From: Octopus sinensis
Lineage: Eukaryota
Assembly (NCBI RefSeq): GCF_006345805.1
Contig: NC_043006.1
Coordinates: 6,262,001 to 6,326,000 of the forward strand
DNA: 64,000 bases
Direction: 5' to 3'
Part shown: piece after piece, positions 1-12,416 of the stretch
Layout of the letters: each line of letters starts with the position of its first letter
Numbering within the stretch: the stretch's first letter is position 1
Notes under the pieces: generated by a model
Told to the model about the DNA's origin: nothing
What the model saw: only the letters and a program-made list of their open reading frames with translations
Databases searched by the model: none
Position numbers and translations under genes: made by a program

Positions 1-430
1 GTTAAAATAATAGATAGAGAACACCACTGGAAAATACGAAATCTAAAAGAAGCAACACATATGCTAGGACAAAACAACCTCCTAAGCAGATTGAGTGCAG
101 ATATGAACAGCATATGGAAACTGGTATTAAGGAAGGATAGGAAAATATTAGATTTAGAAGCCCTAAAATTCACTCCATAATTGCCCACAGGCATATGGTG
201 TAGTGGTTAAGGGTGTGGGCTACTAACCCCAAGATTCTGAGTTTGATACCAGGCAGTGAACTGAATAATAACATTGAAAAATTCCTTAGGAATGAGGACC
301 CAAGTTCAAAATTTTCCCAAGATACCTGATGAATGCTGGAGGGTATATCAGCTGAAATGTGGTGTCAAATATCTGTCAAGTGTAAATAATGTACATAATT
401 CCTCATCTCTTAAATATAGATCTGTAAAAC
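1..430 (+). mobile_element. Penelope-like element 3' end (GIY-YIG C-terminus and terminal repeat)
   Basis: 1-180 reads VKIIDREHHWKIRNLKEATHMLG..., continuing the GIY-YIG seen at 19.9 kb; followed by the same tRNA-like and hammerhead-like repeat as at 20262-20430. Confidence 0.75.
321..366 (+). ncRNA. Degenerate hammerhead motif, same family as 20065-20110
   Basis: GATAC-CTGATGA-A-TGCTG..CAGCT-GAA-ATGT-G-GTGTC; H17 position is G, so probably inactive. Confidence 0.55.
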
Positions 431-2014
431 TATGGAAAGTTTGACCTCAGACAAAGTAATAAGAGACAGAAATACCACTTTGCAAATCTAGCCAACAAGC
501 TTTTAAAGAAAAGGGTATTGTTGATTTAATGTGAAAATTAAAGTTGATCCCGGTATGATTTGAACCTAAAGACATGTAGATGGAAACTGAAAGAAGCACA
601 TCCTGTTTGTGTATATTTGGGTCTCCTTGTCTTGATATTGTGTAATGTTCTAAATCAATGACATTCATTTCCAGCATTTTGTGGAGACATGTTCTATAGC
701 CCCGAGTCGACCGAAGCTTTGTGATTGAATTCGGTAGGCAGAAGTTACTGCCATGTAGGTGCTCAGTGCCTCTCCGAAAGAGAGAGAGGGATGCCTGGCT
801 AAAGAGAAATATTACCTTGCATGGAAACAGGCAAGGGTTTGCATCTGGCCATAGAAAATCCGCCTTGTGCAAACATGGCAAAGGGTTCACTGAAACAATA
901 ACAATGATTAGTTCATCGATTATGAAACTAAAGATCAAGAGTCAACACTATAGGTAAATAGTGAGAAGCAGATTAAAGTCTAATTACTGTATGATTAACG
1001 TTACAGTTAATTGTATTATGTGGCATCCTCAGTTCGATATTGAACGGTTGGCTCTAAGGACTGGAAAAAATGGTTTAGCAACAACAAAATTAACACATGG
1101 AGAGGATAAAACAATAGTAAAAAAACAATTGAGCTGTTTAAGTTCATCATCATCATCATCGTTTAACATCCGCTTTCCATGCTAGCATGGGTTGGACGAT
1201 TTTGACTGAGGACTGGTGAACCAGATGGCTGCACCAGGGTCCAATCTTGATCTGGCAGAGTTTGTACAGCTGGATGCCCTTCCTAACGCCAACCACTCCG
1301 AGAGTGTAGTGGGTGCTTTTACGTGCCACCGGCAACAACCTCTTTTCAATATTTCAGTAAAGCTACCTAATCTGTACTAATGTACGATTGTTTTACAATA
1401 AGAGCAGCCAACGGTAAAACAACTGTTTGAATTAATTAATTACAATTGAATGGAATTTGTGGGAGCCATTCATATCAGACAACAGATAAAGAGGAAAGCA
1501 TTAAATATAAACATGGAGGAATAATTTGAGGGAAGTAATTAGTTGAATAGATAAAAGCAATTATTGTTGTGTGTTCAGTCTAGTAACGAAGGCATGTTGT
1601 TATATAATGAATATGATAGTACCACCACCACCCCAACCAAGTTCACCTATCTCCTCTCTCAAATCCAAGTGAAAATCAATTGATAGAACCTCACTTATCT
1701 GGGAGAGGCTATGGACCATCATGGTTATTGCCCTTCATACTCAAATAAAATAAACGATGATGAGTTAAGATAACAAGTCAATTAACAACTATTTGTTTGT
1801 TGTAGATAAAACAAAAAAGCTATTAGTACAGGATTAAAGACTATCTGTACAGACGATTATTGATAAAAGGTCACTCGGCATCGATCACAAGATATTTGTA
1901 CTTTGTACTAAATTTATTGACATTGAACAATTAACTTCTCAAGGACTCATTTGAAAGTTAATGCTTCTTAAAGCCTAAAAATTTTAGGGGAGAAGATACA
2001 GAAAGTCAATGTAT

Positions 2015-2445
2015 TTAACACTTTTGTTACTGTATTTATTTTGAGATGCTCTGTATTTCTTTCAATTACTTTAAATATAACAAAGAATTTAGTAAAATAA
2101 CTTAGTTATCATTCAGCTAGTGTTAGGAACATAAATTGTGACTAAGGTTTGGTGGAAGATTTTAATTCAAAACTTACGAAAACAACACACTTGAGCCAGA
2201 GCCGGTTTAGTAACAAAAGGGTTAATCCTTTAGCATTTAAACTGGCCATATCCAGTCAAAATATTTGACTTGTTTTAAATTCAATCCAGCCGGATCTGGC
2301 TTCTCACACCTACTCTACAATGTCATTCTAAAAATATGCAATCACATCTTTGAAATCTCAAAGTTACCAGATAATACCTAATTAATTGAAAACAATGTAA
2401 TAAGCGTCACATTTGACAGAGTAATCTGAATGCGAAAGGAATTAA
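2015..2445. mobile_element. Two adjacent piggyBac-like MITEs sharing a central TTAA
   Basis: TTAA at 2015-2018, 2222-2225 and 2442-2445; degenerate CCCTT...AAGGG ends; the two families recur at 26757 and 18731. Confidence 0.75.
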
Positions 2446-2559
2446 GCCTAACTGACATACAGAAAGTAACATGGAATAGTTCTAACTAAGAATGAAAGCC
2501 AACTCAATTCACAAGATAATCCTCATTTTTTCTATATCGATATTCAGATTGGAGTAGGG

Positions 2560-2930
2560 TGGTGAGCTGGCAGAATTGTTAGCACACAGGGTGAAATGCG
2601 TAGCCGTATTTTGTCTGCCGATACGTTCTGAGTTCAAATTCCGCCGAGGTCGACTTTGTCTTTCATCCTTTCGGGGTCAATCAATATAACTGACTTAATC
2701 CATTTGTCATTGTATGTCGCCTCTGTGTGTAGCCCCTTGTGGGTAGTAAAGAAATAGGTATTTCGTCTGCCATTATGTTCTGAGTTCAAATTCTACTTAA
2801 CCTTTCATCCTTTTGAGGTCGATTAAATAAGTACCAGTTACGCACTGGGGTCGATATAATCGACTTAATCCCTTTATCTGTCTTTGTTTGTCCCCTCTAT
2901 GTCTAGCCTCCTGTAGGTAATAAAGAAATT
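2560..2930 (+). mobile_element. SINE family B, partial dimer
   Basis: Same core; single copies also at about 48410-48626(-) and 63268-63510(+). Confidence 0.8.
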
Positions 2931-3289
2931 ATTCAGATTGGAGGAGTCTAACATTAACTGTACTCACTATTTCATATGACTAACAATAAACCTTGTCCTC
3001 GTTTTTGACACTAATATCTCTTTCGTTATCTCACTTCTGCATTCAATACTTTGTATTTCAGGTAGCCAATACCAATGTCCAAGGTATTAATTACCACATC
3101 CTTCTCACAACCCTCTGAGTGAGTAAACAATCACTACTTAAAATATTTAGAAAATGTAACACATTCTTCTAAACTGAAAAGTGTACCAACTGCCACTACC
3201 AAGCTCTCTCACCCTCTTTTAAAGAGAATCTCTAACTCTGGGGAATCCCTCCACCAACATCACTAAATAACAATCCTGCAGATAAAGCT

Positions 3290-3800
3290 ACCAAGAGAAT
3301 ACCCTCCATCAGGCATTTGCCATATTCTGAACGCCTTACTTCCCTGGGCATGGATACATTGAAACTCCGACGTCTGGCAGCTGACTCGGCAGACACCCAT
3401 AAAATTATTAACCATCTTACAAATAATAACTCTGAGCACCTTTTCAAACTCCACCCATCTAACACCCGTGGACATGTTTACAAAGTCAGAAAACAGCACA
3501 GCTCCCGTGACTTTCGGAAACATTTTTTCACGCTAAGAGTTGCTGAAGTATGGAACAGACTGCCAGCATCAGTTGTTAGTTGTTGGAGCACTGCATCCTT
3601 CAAAACTTCCATGCTTCCTGAGATTCGCCAACACTACACCTGATTTTCTCCCCTCCATACACACACACATGCATGTATCTGACTCATACACTGTTCACTT
3701 CCCAGACATTTGTACATTACTGCATATGCTTTATACGCACTTTTGACAAGTTGTGGTGCACCTGAGCACTGTATACTATAATTTCATTATTATTATTATT
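3290..3800 (+). mobile_element. CR1-clade LINE 3' fragment
   Basis: [43 protein letters not shown]; (TTA)n tail. Confidence 0.88.
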
Positions 3801-4274
3801 ATTTGCTTCCAACTCCACCCACAAACCTCACTGGTTCTAAGAATGTCCATTACATTATCCTTGGTGTGCGCCAGAGCTTCATCACTATCCAAATCAAATA
3901 CCAATATTCTCTCTCTCTCATTACAGAGGTCCCTGTAAACAGAGATACAGTGGTTTGTCTCATAACAAAAGAATGACAACCTGCTAACTACAACTCCATA
4001 ACTTTCACTTCCAGCCCACATTCCAACTCGGTACACTTCAAGGCTTAGTTATATTTCTCACATTACTCATTCTCTACATTAATGTCCAAGTTACTGTTAC
4101 TACAAACTACACACACCAACAAAAATGATAAAGCCATCATGCTTTCTTTATTTCATTAAATTTGCCAGAAGGGCAGTACAGAGAAGCAATGCGGGCTGGG
4201 ATCATGTGCATGCAATCTAGATACCTCTGACTAGACATCAAAGGCCACCACAAACTGAAACTTCAAAACATCTT

Positions 4275-4760
4275 CAATACATAAACAAAAACTGGTTTCG
4301 CCAGCGGCACGTAAAAAGCACCATCCAAACATGGCTGATGCCAATGCCGCCTTGACTGGCTTCTGTGCCAGTGGCACATGATCTGCAGTGCTTGAGGAGA
4401 CCTATTGAGTCAAGTACATCAACATCAAAATAAATATCAAATGGAAATTGTAGTTGTGATACCTGTGCCAGTGGTACGTAAAAAACACCACCCGAACGTG
4501 GCCAATGCCAGCACCGCCTTGACTGGCTTCTGTGTCGGCATGTAAAAAGCACCAACCAATCGGGGCCGCTGCCAGCCTCAGGTGGCACATAAAAAGCACC
4601 CACTACACTCACGTAGTGGTTGGCGTTAGGAAGAGCAGTAGAAACACTGCCAGATCAGACTGGAGCCTGGTGCAGCCTCCTGGCTTCCCAGACCCTGGTC
4701 GAACCGTCCAACCCATGCTAGCATGGAAAACGGACGTTAAACAGTGATGATGATGATGAA
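4275..4760 (+). mobile_element. RTE 3'-UTR-type interspersed repeat (family C)
   Basis: ggttggcgttaggaag...catgctagcatggaaa..gacgttaaac(gat)n end, shared with RTE ORF-bearing copies; more at about 1146-1335, 27062-27405, 31475-31800, 37460-37957, 42245-42570, 45375-45745, 46515-46850, 49000-49320, 53555-53830, 60390-60610. Confidence 0.85.
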
Positions 4761-4834
4761 AAACAATTCCAACACTTAGAAAAACAGTCTGGCACTATAC
4801 ACTTCTTAAACATGAACAATGCAAAATAAAAATC

Positions 4835-5517
4835 CTCAAAAGTCTGGGCCCCACAAACTAATCTGTAATGATATCCTAGCAACAGGAGAAGAAACTACTA
4901 ATACCAATTAGCCAAATTATGTTTAGACTCTTGACTAGAATATTTGTAGTAGTAAAGAGGATCTTGAATTTTGAAGAGTAAATAAGATGATACAGGTTTG
5001 CTTATATATACCTATTTCTTTACTACCCACAAAGGGCTAAACACAGAGAGGACAAACAAACGGATTAAGTCGATTACATCGACCCCAGTGCATAACTGGT
5101 ACTTATTTAATCGACCCCGAAAGGATGAGCACGCCGGGCGAAATGCATAGCCGTATTTCGTCTGCCGCTATGTTCTGAGTTCAAATTCTGCCGAGGTCGA
5201 CTTTGCCTTTCATCCTTTTGGGCTCGATTAAATAAGTACCAGTTACGCACTGGGGTCGATGTAATCGACTTGATTCGTTTGTTTGTCCTCTCTGTGTTTA
5301 GCCCTTTGTGGGTAGTGAAGAAATAGGTATATATAAGCAAACCTGTATCATCTTATTTACTCTTCAAAATTCAAGATCCTCTTTACTACTACAAATATTC
5401 TAGTCAAGAGTCTAAACATAATTTGGCTAATTGGTATACATTCACTCACAGACGCAGTTTCTTCTCCTGTTGCCAGGATATCATTACAGATGAGTTTGTG
5501 GGGCCTAGACTTTTGAG
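4835..5517. repeat. Fold-back inverted duplication (about 300-bp arms)
   Basis: 4835-5128 versus 5210-5517, with substitutions and one indel. Confidence 0.9.
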
Positions 5518-6348
5518 TCATTCGACTGATTATGCTGGAACACTGCCTTGAAGAATTTTAGTTGAACCAAGTGACTCCAATATTTTTTTTTAAGCCTGGT
5601 ATTTATTTTATCGGTTTCTTTTGCAGAACTGCTCAGTTACAGGGGACATAAACACACCAATATCAAATGTTAAGTGGAGGACAAACACATATATATATAA
5701 ACACATAATGGGCTTTTTTTCAGTTTCCATCTACCAATCCACTCACAAGGTTACAGAAGACATTTGCCAAAGTGGGACTGAACCTGGAACCATGTGGTAG
5801 GAAAGCAAAACTTCTTACTACACAGCCACACCTAATATTTTGGTGGAGATCTGGAATAGGTCACCACATAATTTGGAGTTACTCCGTTTTGACAAGAACT
5901 TTCCAAATTTGTTTTTTTCACCAAGTATTTTAAAATGATAGGGGAAAGCTTTTTACGAAAAACATGTTTTGAAATGTTTTTTTTTTTTTTACTTCACCCC
6001 CTTCCTTAGATCAGACTTCTTCAAAAAAATTTTTTTGCTCTACGTACTTGAAAACCATTTTGTTAAAAGAAAAGGTGTTGATCACCATTCTAATCATTAA
6101 ACGATTTTCACTTTCTTTCAGACTTTTAATTTCCCTCCGAGTTTTAGCGAATGAATTATATCAGTAATAACAATGTTAAGGCGTTTATACCAGGGTTGGG
6201 TCGAGAGTTAGGTAGGTGCGAACACCCATGATTTTACAAAGAAAAATACGTTATTTTTCTCATTGTGTGCACGTGGCGGTGGAGAAACTTCCAAAATGTT
6301 GGTGAAGAAAAAAATTTGAAAAATTCCTGTCAAAACGGAGAAAATCCA

Positions 6349-6606
6349 GGTACTATTTGAGAACAGTGGTCCCGGTGCGCGCACTCGCATACTCGCGCAT
6401 CCACGCTAGCTAGTCATGACTAGTCGATTCTTACTTTGTGCTTTTGTGTTATTTACTTTGTATTTTTGTGTTTTATTTACTTTGTGTAAAAAAAATTATT
6501 TATTTTGTGTTTTATTTACTTTGCTAGTAGGATCGTTGAAGGATCGACTAGTCACGACTAGCTAGCGCGGATGCGCGCACAGGGACCACTGTTCTCAAGT
6601 AGTACC
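6349..6606. mobile_element. Mutator-like MITE
   Basis: About 70-bp imperfect TIRs starting GGTACT; perfect 9-bp TSD GAAAATCCA (6340-6348, 6607-6615); internal minisatellite. Confidence 0.8.
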
Positions 6607-9600
6607 GAAAATCCAACTTGTGTGGGTGTGCTATCCCAGTCCTCCATCACAATATATTACGTAATATATAAAATCACATGTTATATAATATATTATGTAA
6701 TATATATATAATATCACATAATATATAATATATATAGAACTGTATACTAAAGTTCTTTTTTTTTTTCAGAACTGATAGTACTTTCATATTGAGCTGGTAA
6801 CTCTTCTAAACTAAAGACCTACTTGCTTGGCTGATTAGTAAACTATTCACTCGTTGACAGTTTCTTCTATCATAATGGCCTACATGTAACACCCAACCAA
6901 CCACCAGTGTCTCTTCTAATCATCCCAGCTGTCTTCTTATTCCACTTTGCAAACATTGCCAAGAGTTCGAACTAAATATAAACTGCATCGATATCTTCGT
7001 TTCAGGAGAGGCGGAGTTCTGATATAAGCACCTAGTAGTAAACCAGCCACACTCATAACTTTTCTTACCCGAACTACAAAATTTTTTGGAATCATAATCT
7101 CAGTATTTTTCCGCATATTTTAGGGGGAAAAAAAATTCTGAAAAAAAAAAGTAGTAATTTTTTTTTTTAAATTAAAATTTTACAAAAATTTTTGGAAATT
7201 TTTTTTTTTCATAATTATAATCTCTGTATTTTACCGCATATTTTGAGGGGGAAAAAAACCCCGAAAAAAGTTTAAAAAAAAAAAAATAGGGGAGAGGGAG
7301 TTCAAAATGCCGATTTTTGCCTTTTTTTTTTTGCAGATTCGTATTCTCCGTAACCGAAAATGGGGTTTGTGTATAAAAAAAATAAATAAATTATAAAATT
7401 AAATAAATAAATAAATGTATAAATAAAATAAACAAATTTTTTAAAGTGGTGGGGGGGGGGGGATCTTTTCGCTTTGACCGGCAGATTTTTAAAATAAATT
7501 CCGCCAAGTACTTTATGAACGTATATCTCTCAGGTAGTGTTACATTTCATGCCATCCTGTAGGTGGGTGACCACCTCATCGACATGCGACCAGCGCACAC
7601 CTCCACTAGAGCCACAGAATCCAAATTCCAATTTGATCGTGACCTCGCCAGGGGTCAACTCTTATATAATAATTTCCCGTCAGTCAATGATTTTCCTCTT
7701 CCACGTGATTCTTGTGGAGACGCGCACTGGTCGCCATGCGCATGCGCGACTGTTTGAACTTTTTCGATTTTCATTTCCAAGTATTTGAAAAATTATTTGG
7801 AAATTTTAAAACCAAGGATTTAATAAATAAAGATAGAAAAAGAGTGGGAAAGACTTCCGCCCGTCCCATTTTATCTCAAATTTGCTTATTTATTATTTTT
7901 TTTTGCCACCCACCCCCCTTTTTGGATACGGAGGGTCCAGAAAATTGCCGAAAATCGGCATTGTGAGAAATTTTCCCCACCAACTTCTTCAATTTTGACT
8001 CTTTTTCCGCAACACTAATCCTAAAACCGTAACCGTAAGTTCGGAAATGTTTTGAAATCCTGATGTCCGTATTTTTTCGCATATTTCGAAAAGAAAAAAA
8101 TTCTTTAAAAAAAAAAAAAATTTTACAAAGATTTTTGGAAATTTTTTCCAGAATCATAATCTTCGTATTTTTCTGCTTATTTTGAGAAACAAAAATCTGA
8201 AGAAAGTGGAAAATGAATGAAATGGGGGTGGCTGGTGGTAATTTAGAAATGTCGATTTTTGCCAATTTTTTTTTTTTGCTGATTCGTATTCCCCGTAGCC
8301 GAAAAGGGGGGGGGGCCGGAAAAAAGTTTTAAAAAAGGGTGTTGGGGGAGGGAGTCTTGCCTAGTGGAAAGGGGAAATTTTAAATTTCATTCCATAATCG
8401 TATCAATTCTATTATGTAGAAGACATGTGCGAAAGAATTTTGTAAAAATTCGTAAAAAAAAGAAAGGGGTTTTTAGAACACATCAAAAAAGAAAGGGGTT
8501 TTTAGAACACATCAGAAGTCTGCCAAAAAGGACAATTTTTTTTTTTTTGCATAAACGTATTAATTCTATTATGCAAAAGACAGAACCGAATTTTTTTTTT
8601 GAAAAAATTTGTAAAAATAAAAAAGTTATGAGGGGGGTTTAGCACGTGCTAACATCATCATTTCGCCTAGGCGGAACTAACCCAAAGGTGAAGAAGCAAA
8701 GCAACAGCTATGACTGAAATAATAGGATATTTCTATTGACCTTCAAAAGAACAAAAGGCGAAAGAGATGGTGTCTGACTCATAGGTCATTGAGCGGTCAA
8801 GGCGGACAGATTTTAACTTCTATTTTAAACAATGAAAGTAAATATTTCGTAAAGGACCCCCGTTCGTACCTCGGTATGAGGTCATTTTTCTACAAGTATT
8901 TTCGAGTGCATTTAACGTATCTGACCTCCAAACATACCAAAAGCCAATTTTTTTCCGGAAAAGAAAGCAGTTTCCCACCCACAGGATTTTGCTTCGCGGT
9001 TTTTTTCTTCCTTTACCAGGTTATTTCTCATGCTTTCAACGAATGTGACATCGAAATCACACGTAAACGATTCCTTTCCCCAGAAAAGGAAAAATTTGGC
9101 TGCTATTTCTAGCACACCTTGCTCCCACGTATCAGCTATTTGCGATAAAGGGTCCTTTACGAAATATTTACCCGGAAATTACAATTCTGACTTCAATCTT
9201 TTTAACGCTTTGTTCTCCATCCACTTCTCTACTCTTCCCATGAGGTATGGGACTTAGAGGGACAGCTATTCCGAAACAGAAAAGTGCCGGAAATCGTATT
9301 GGAAACGAAATGTGAAAAGCTGTCCCCTCTAAGTCCCATACCTCATGGGAAGAGGACAGAGGTGGAGAGGGAACAAAATGTGTAAAAAAAAATTGAAACT
9401 TTTTTGGTGGTTGGTAGTAGGGAAGTCAGAATTGTAATTCCCGTTGTATGAAACGGGATTACTGAAAAAGAAAAAAGACCAGCTATTCCAAAAACTCAGC
9501 TGGTATCGGGTTGAAAAACTGGTTTTCAAAAGGACTTGACCTGAGAAAATATTTAAATAACAATGACCTTAATAATTTCCTCCGGTCGACTAGTTCAAGA

Positions 9601-10161
9601 ACAATTAGTTCTGAATGATGTAAGTTTGGGAATTTCCCAATACGTGTGTGTGTGAATATCTATCGATCTTTATATGTAAAATAAACTAGATCTGAAGCAA
9701 ATGAACACCTAATATACAGTGGGTGTTTTTATTGGCTAAACTGGCAACATGACCATCCTCAAATACAAAAAATCTATCTATATATATATAGCGGATGTAA
9801 AGACAATGGGATTTTTTTTTTTTTTACAGGAACCCACTATATCGAGTGTGGAGATTCCGGATCTAGATTTCAAAATTTTAATTCCACCCCACTTCTTAAA
9901 TTTTCACTTAAAAATTTTTTTTAGCGAAATACACAGAAAAATATGATTATGATTCTGAAAAGAAAAAAAAATTTGCAAAATTCAATTTTTCAAAATAAAT
10001 AAACCTATATATATATGGCAGTGCCCCAGCATGGCCACAGCTCATGAGCTGAAACTAGAATCAATCAATATATATATATATAATGAAATATTAGGGAATA
10101 AATCCAAACTTACAAGGAAAAATCAGATTTAGGATTGAATCCAATTTTATAGTAAAATATT

Positions 10162-10433
10162 ATATTATATTAAATTAGAGATAAAACCACTATTAGGCAA
10201 ATCAAACAATGAAAAACTTAAGCCAATACATAAAATTAATTTATATTATTTTAAATATATATCAAAAGTATTTAAAAGTTTAATAAAAGATAATAGTGTT
10301 TTACTCATTATCTTTTATTAAACTTTTAATACTTTTTATATATATTTAAAATAATATAAATGAATTAATTTTATGTATTGGCTTAAGTTTTTCATTGTTT
10401 GATTTGCCTAATAGTGGTTTTGTCTCTAATTTA

Positions 10434-10442
<9 letters not shown>
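10162..10442. repeat. AT-rich fold-back hairpin (about 130-bp arms, 12-nt loop)
   Basis: 10162-10294 versus 10307-10442. Confidence 0.85.
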
Positions 10443-10472
<30 letters not shown>

Positions 10473-12309
10473 ACATTCACAATACCTCAAATATATGTAG
10501 CTTGAATCGGAGCCAATCCATTTTTTTTTTTTGATTCCTAATTTAAGAACGAAGCCTTCAAGATTAGAGGGAAGGGGCAGTAGTCGAGACCCTCAACTCA
10601 ACTGGTACTTCACAAAGGATAAAAAGCAAAATTACCGCGGCGAGATTCGATATCAGAACTTAAAAGCCGGAAGAAATATAAGGTGTTTTATTCGTTACTC
10701 TAATGAATTCGGTTAATTTTCCAACCCGACACAAAGAATTGTCTTGTGAATCGCTTAACACAAATGTGGCTGCTATTTCTAGCAGGTCGAACACAGAGCT
10801 TCTGGTCATTTTATATTATTTTTATCATGAATCTGATGTAATAATATAAAAAAGAATTAGGAGGGGGAGAGGTGAAATTTTTTTTTAATTTGGGTGGGGA
10901 GGCATATTCGTACTTTCTGACATCTAAAATGTCAGAAAGCCGAAAAAAAATATTTCAAGGAGACGGCGAAACAGCATTAGACCCCGATTTCTGAAAACGG
11001 TTAAAATTGCCAGAGTCCCTTAGAGACATTTAAACTAGGGAAGAATCGAGGCAGCCCTACCCACCTAAACACCTAATTAGTGGCTTAGTCATGACAAAAA
11101 TGGGTGCGATCTGACGGCACAAAGGCAGGCAGGTAGGTAGGTAGGTCTACAAGTACAGGCATGCTAGGAGGTTAGAAATTCGCTTTGCAACAACGTGGTT
11201 CAGTGTTCGAATCGAACGCACAGTACATTAGCCATAGGTTGACAAATGGTTTGTGAGCGGAATTTGGTAATTTAGATGCTCGCCAGTGATGAGCGAATTC
11301 AATTTATTCTTGTAGAATAAAACGGATTCGAGGGGTAAACTACAATGTGACTTTTGTATATTACGTTAAGACCTTAAATGTCAAACTTTGACTTAGTGGC
11401 ATCTGTGTCAATGTTGAGGCAAATGAAATATATTGTCTTACGGGATCCAAAAAGAATTAACATGATAATTAAATAGATTGATTTTTTTTTCTTTCTCTTA
11501 GTCATTTTTTGATATTTTTCTGCTGCTAAGAAGGTATTACTTCTAAGTTCGATTCTGACAGAGGTCGATAAAATAAATTAATTGAAAAATGTTCAACTAA
11601 TTCAATTGATAATTCCCTATGTTGAATCTAAAAAAATATTTAATTCTGAGAGGGGTTGAAACAAAGTATTTAGAATAACTTCACTGCAACTAATCTATCA
11701 ATCAATCGAGATTTGCCTTTAATTCTAAAATGAAAGAGAAACAAGAACACGCAAAGAATCGGCTCCAACTTTCTTCCCTCCCCAACTTTTAATTTCCAAC
11801 TATAATCCTTTCTCATACAAACTACACACCTGTTATTTCTAGATAAAACAAAAATCTAATCAAAAACCTCAATTTTTTTTTATTATATTTAAAAAAATAA
11901 CAGGCGAGTAGTTGAGGGGAAAGAAAATTGGATAGAAGCAGCGAGGAAAGCTGAAAGTGGCAATTTAAATGTCTTGTGAGATGATTGAAGGTTTGGAATT
12001 AGAATTGGTAAATTTGAATTAGGATCATTTGAAGAGCGTTCATAATAACGGTTTGACAAGGAAAAAGATGAGAAAAATATTGAAACATGGTTTGCGTATT
12101 AAGCGGGAGCGGATGATGAAAGAAAGTTAGATATTACCAGCTGCAATGTGAAGGTAGTAGGACACAATCTCAATGTGACCTTTGAGGGTGGAATAGCTTT
12201 TAATTAATCTATTGTTTCGTGTTAGTCACAGCATGTTCCCGTTAAATGTAGATGTGTGAAGCGAGAAAGATGTTAAAGTATGGAGTGAAATCGATTGTTA
12301 AAATCTTAC

Positions 12310-12416
12310 CTTGTATGTTAAATTATTTACTCCTACAGCGAGCGAAACACAAGCAAGAACCACGACACGACTGACGTTCGGAGAAGACTAAGTCATTCAC
12401 GGAGGAAGTGACGTCA
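12310..12416 (-). promoter_or_regulatory. Core promoter and non-coding first exon of an unidentified minus-strand gene
   Basis: GGAAGTGACGTCA (ETS+CRE composite) at 12404-12416; minus-strand TCAGTC initiator at 12374-12369; CAAG|gtaaga donor at 12310/12309; CpG-rich patch. Confidence 0.55.

Noticed and set aside
11284-11335. TGATGA box-C-like motif with a following hairpin (snoRNA or pre-miRNA?)
   Set aside because: No box D (CTGA) at a suitable distance and no terminal stem; the hairpin is short and AT-rich.
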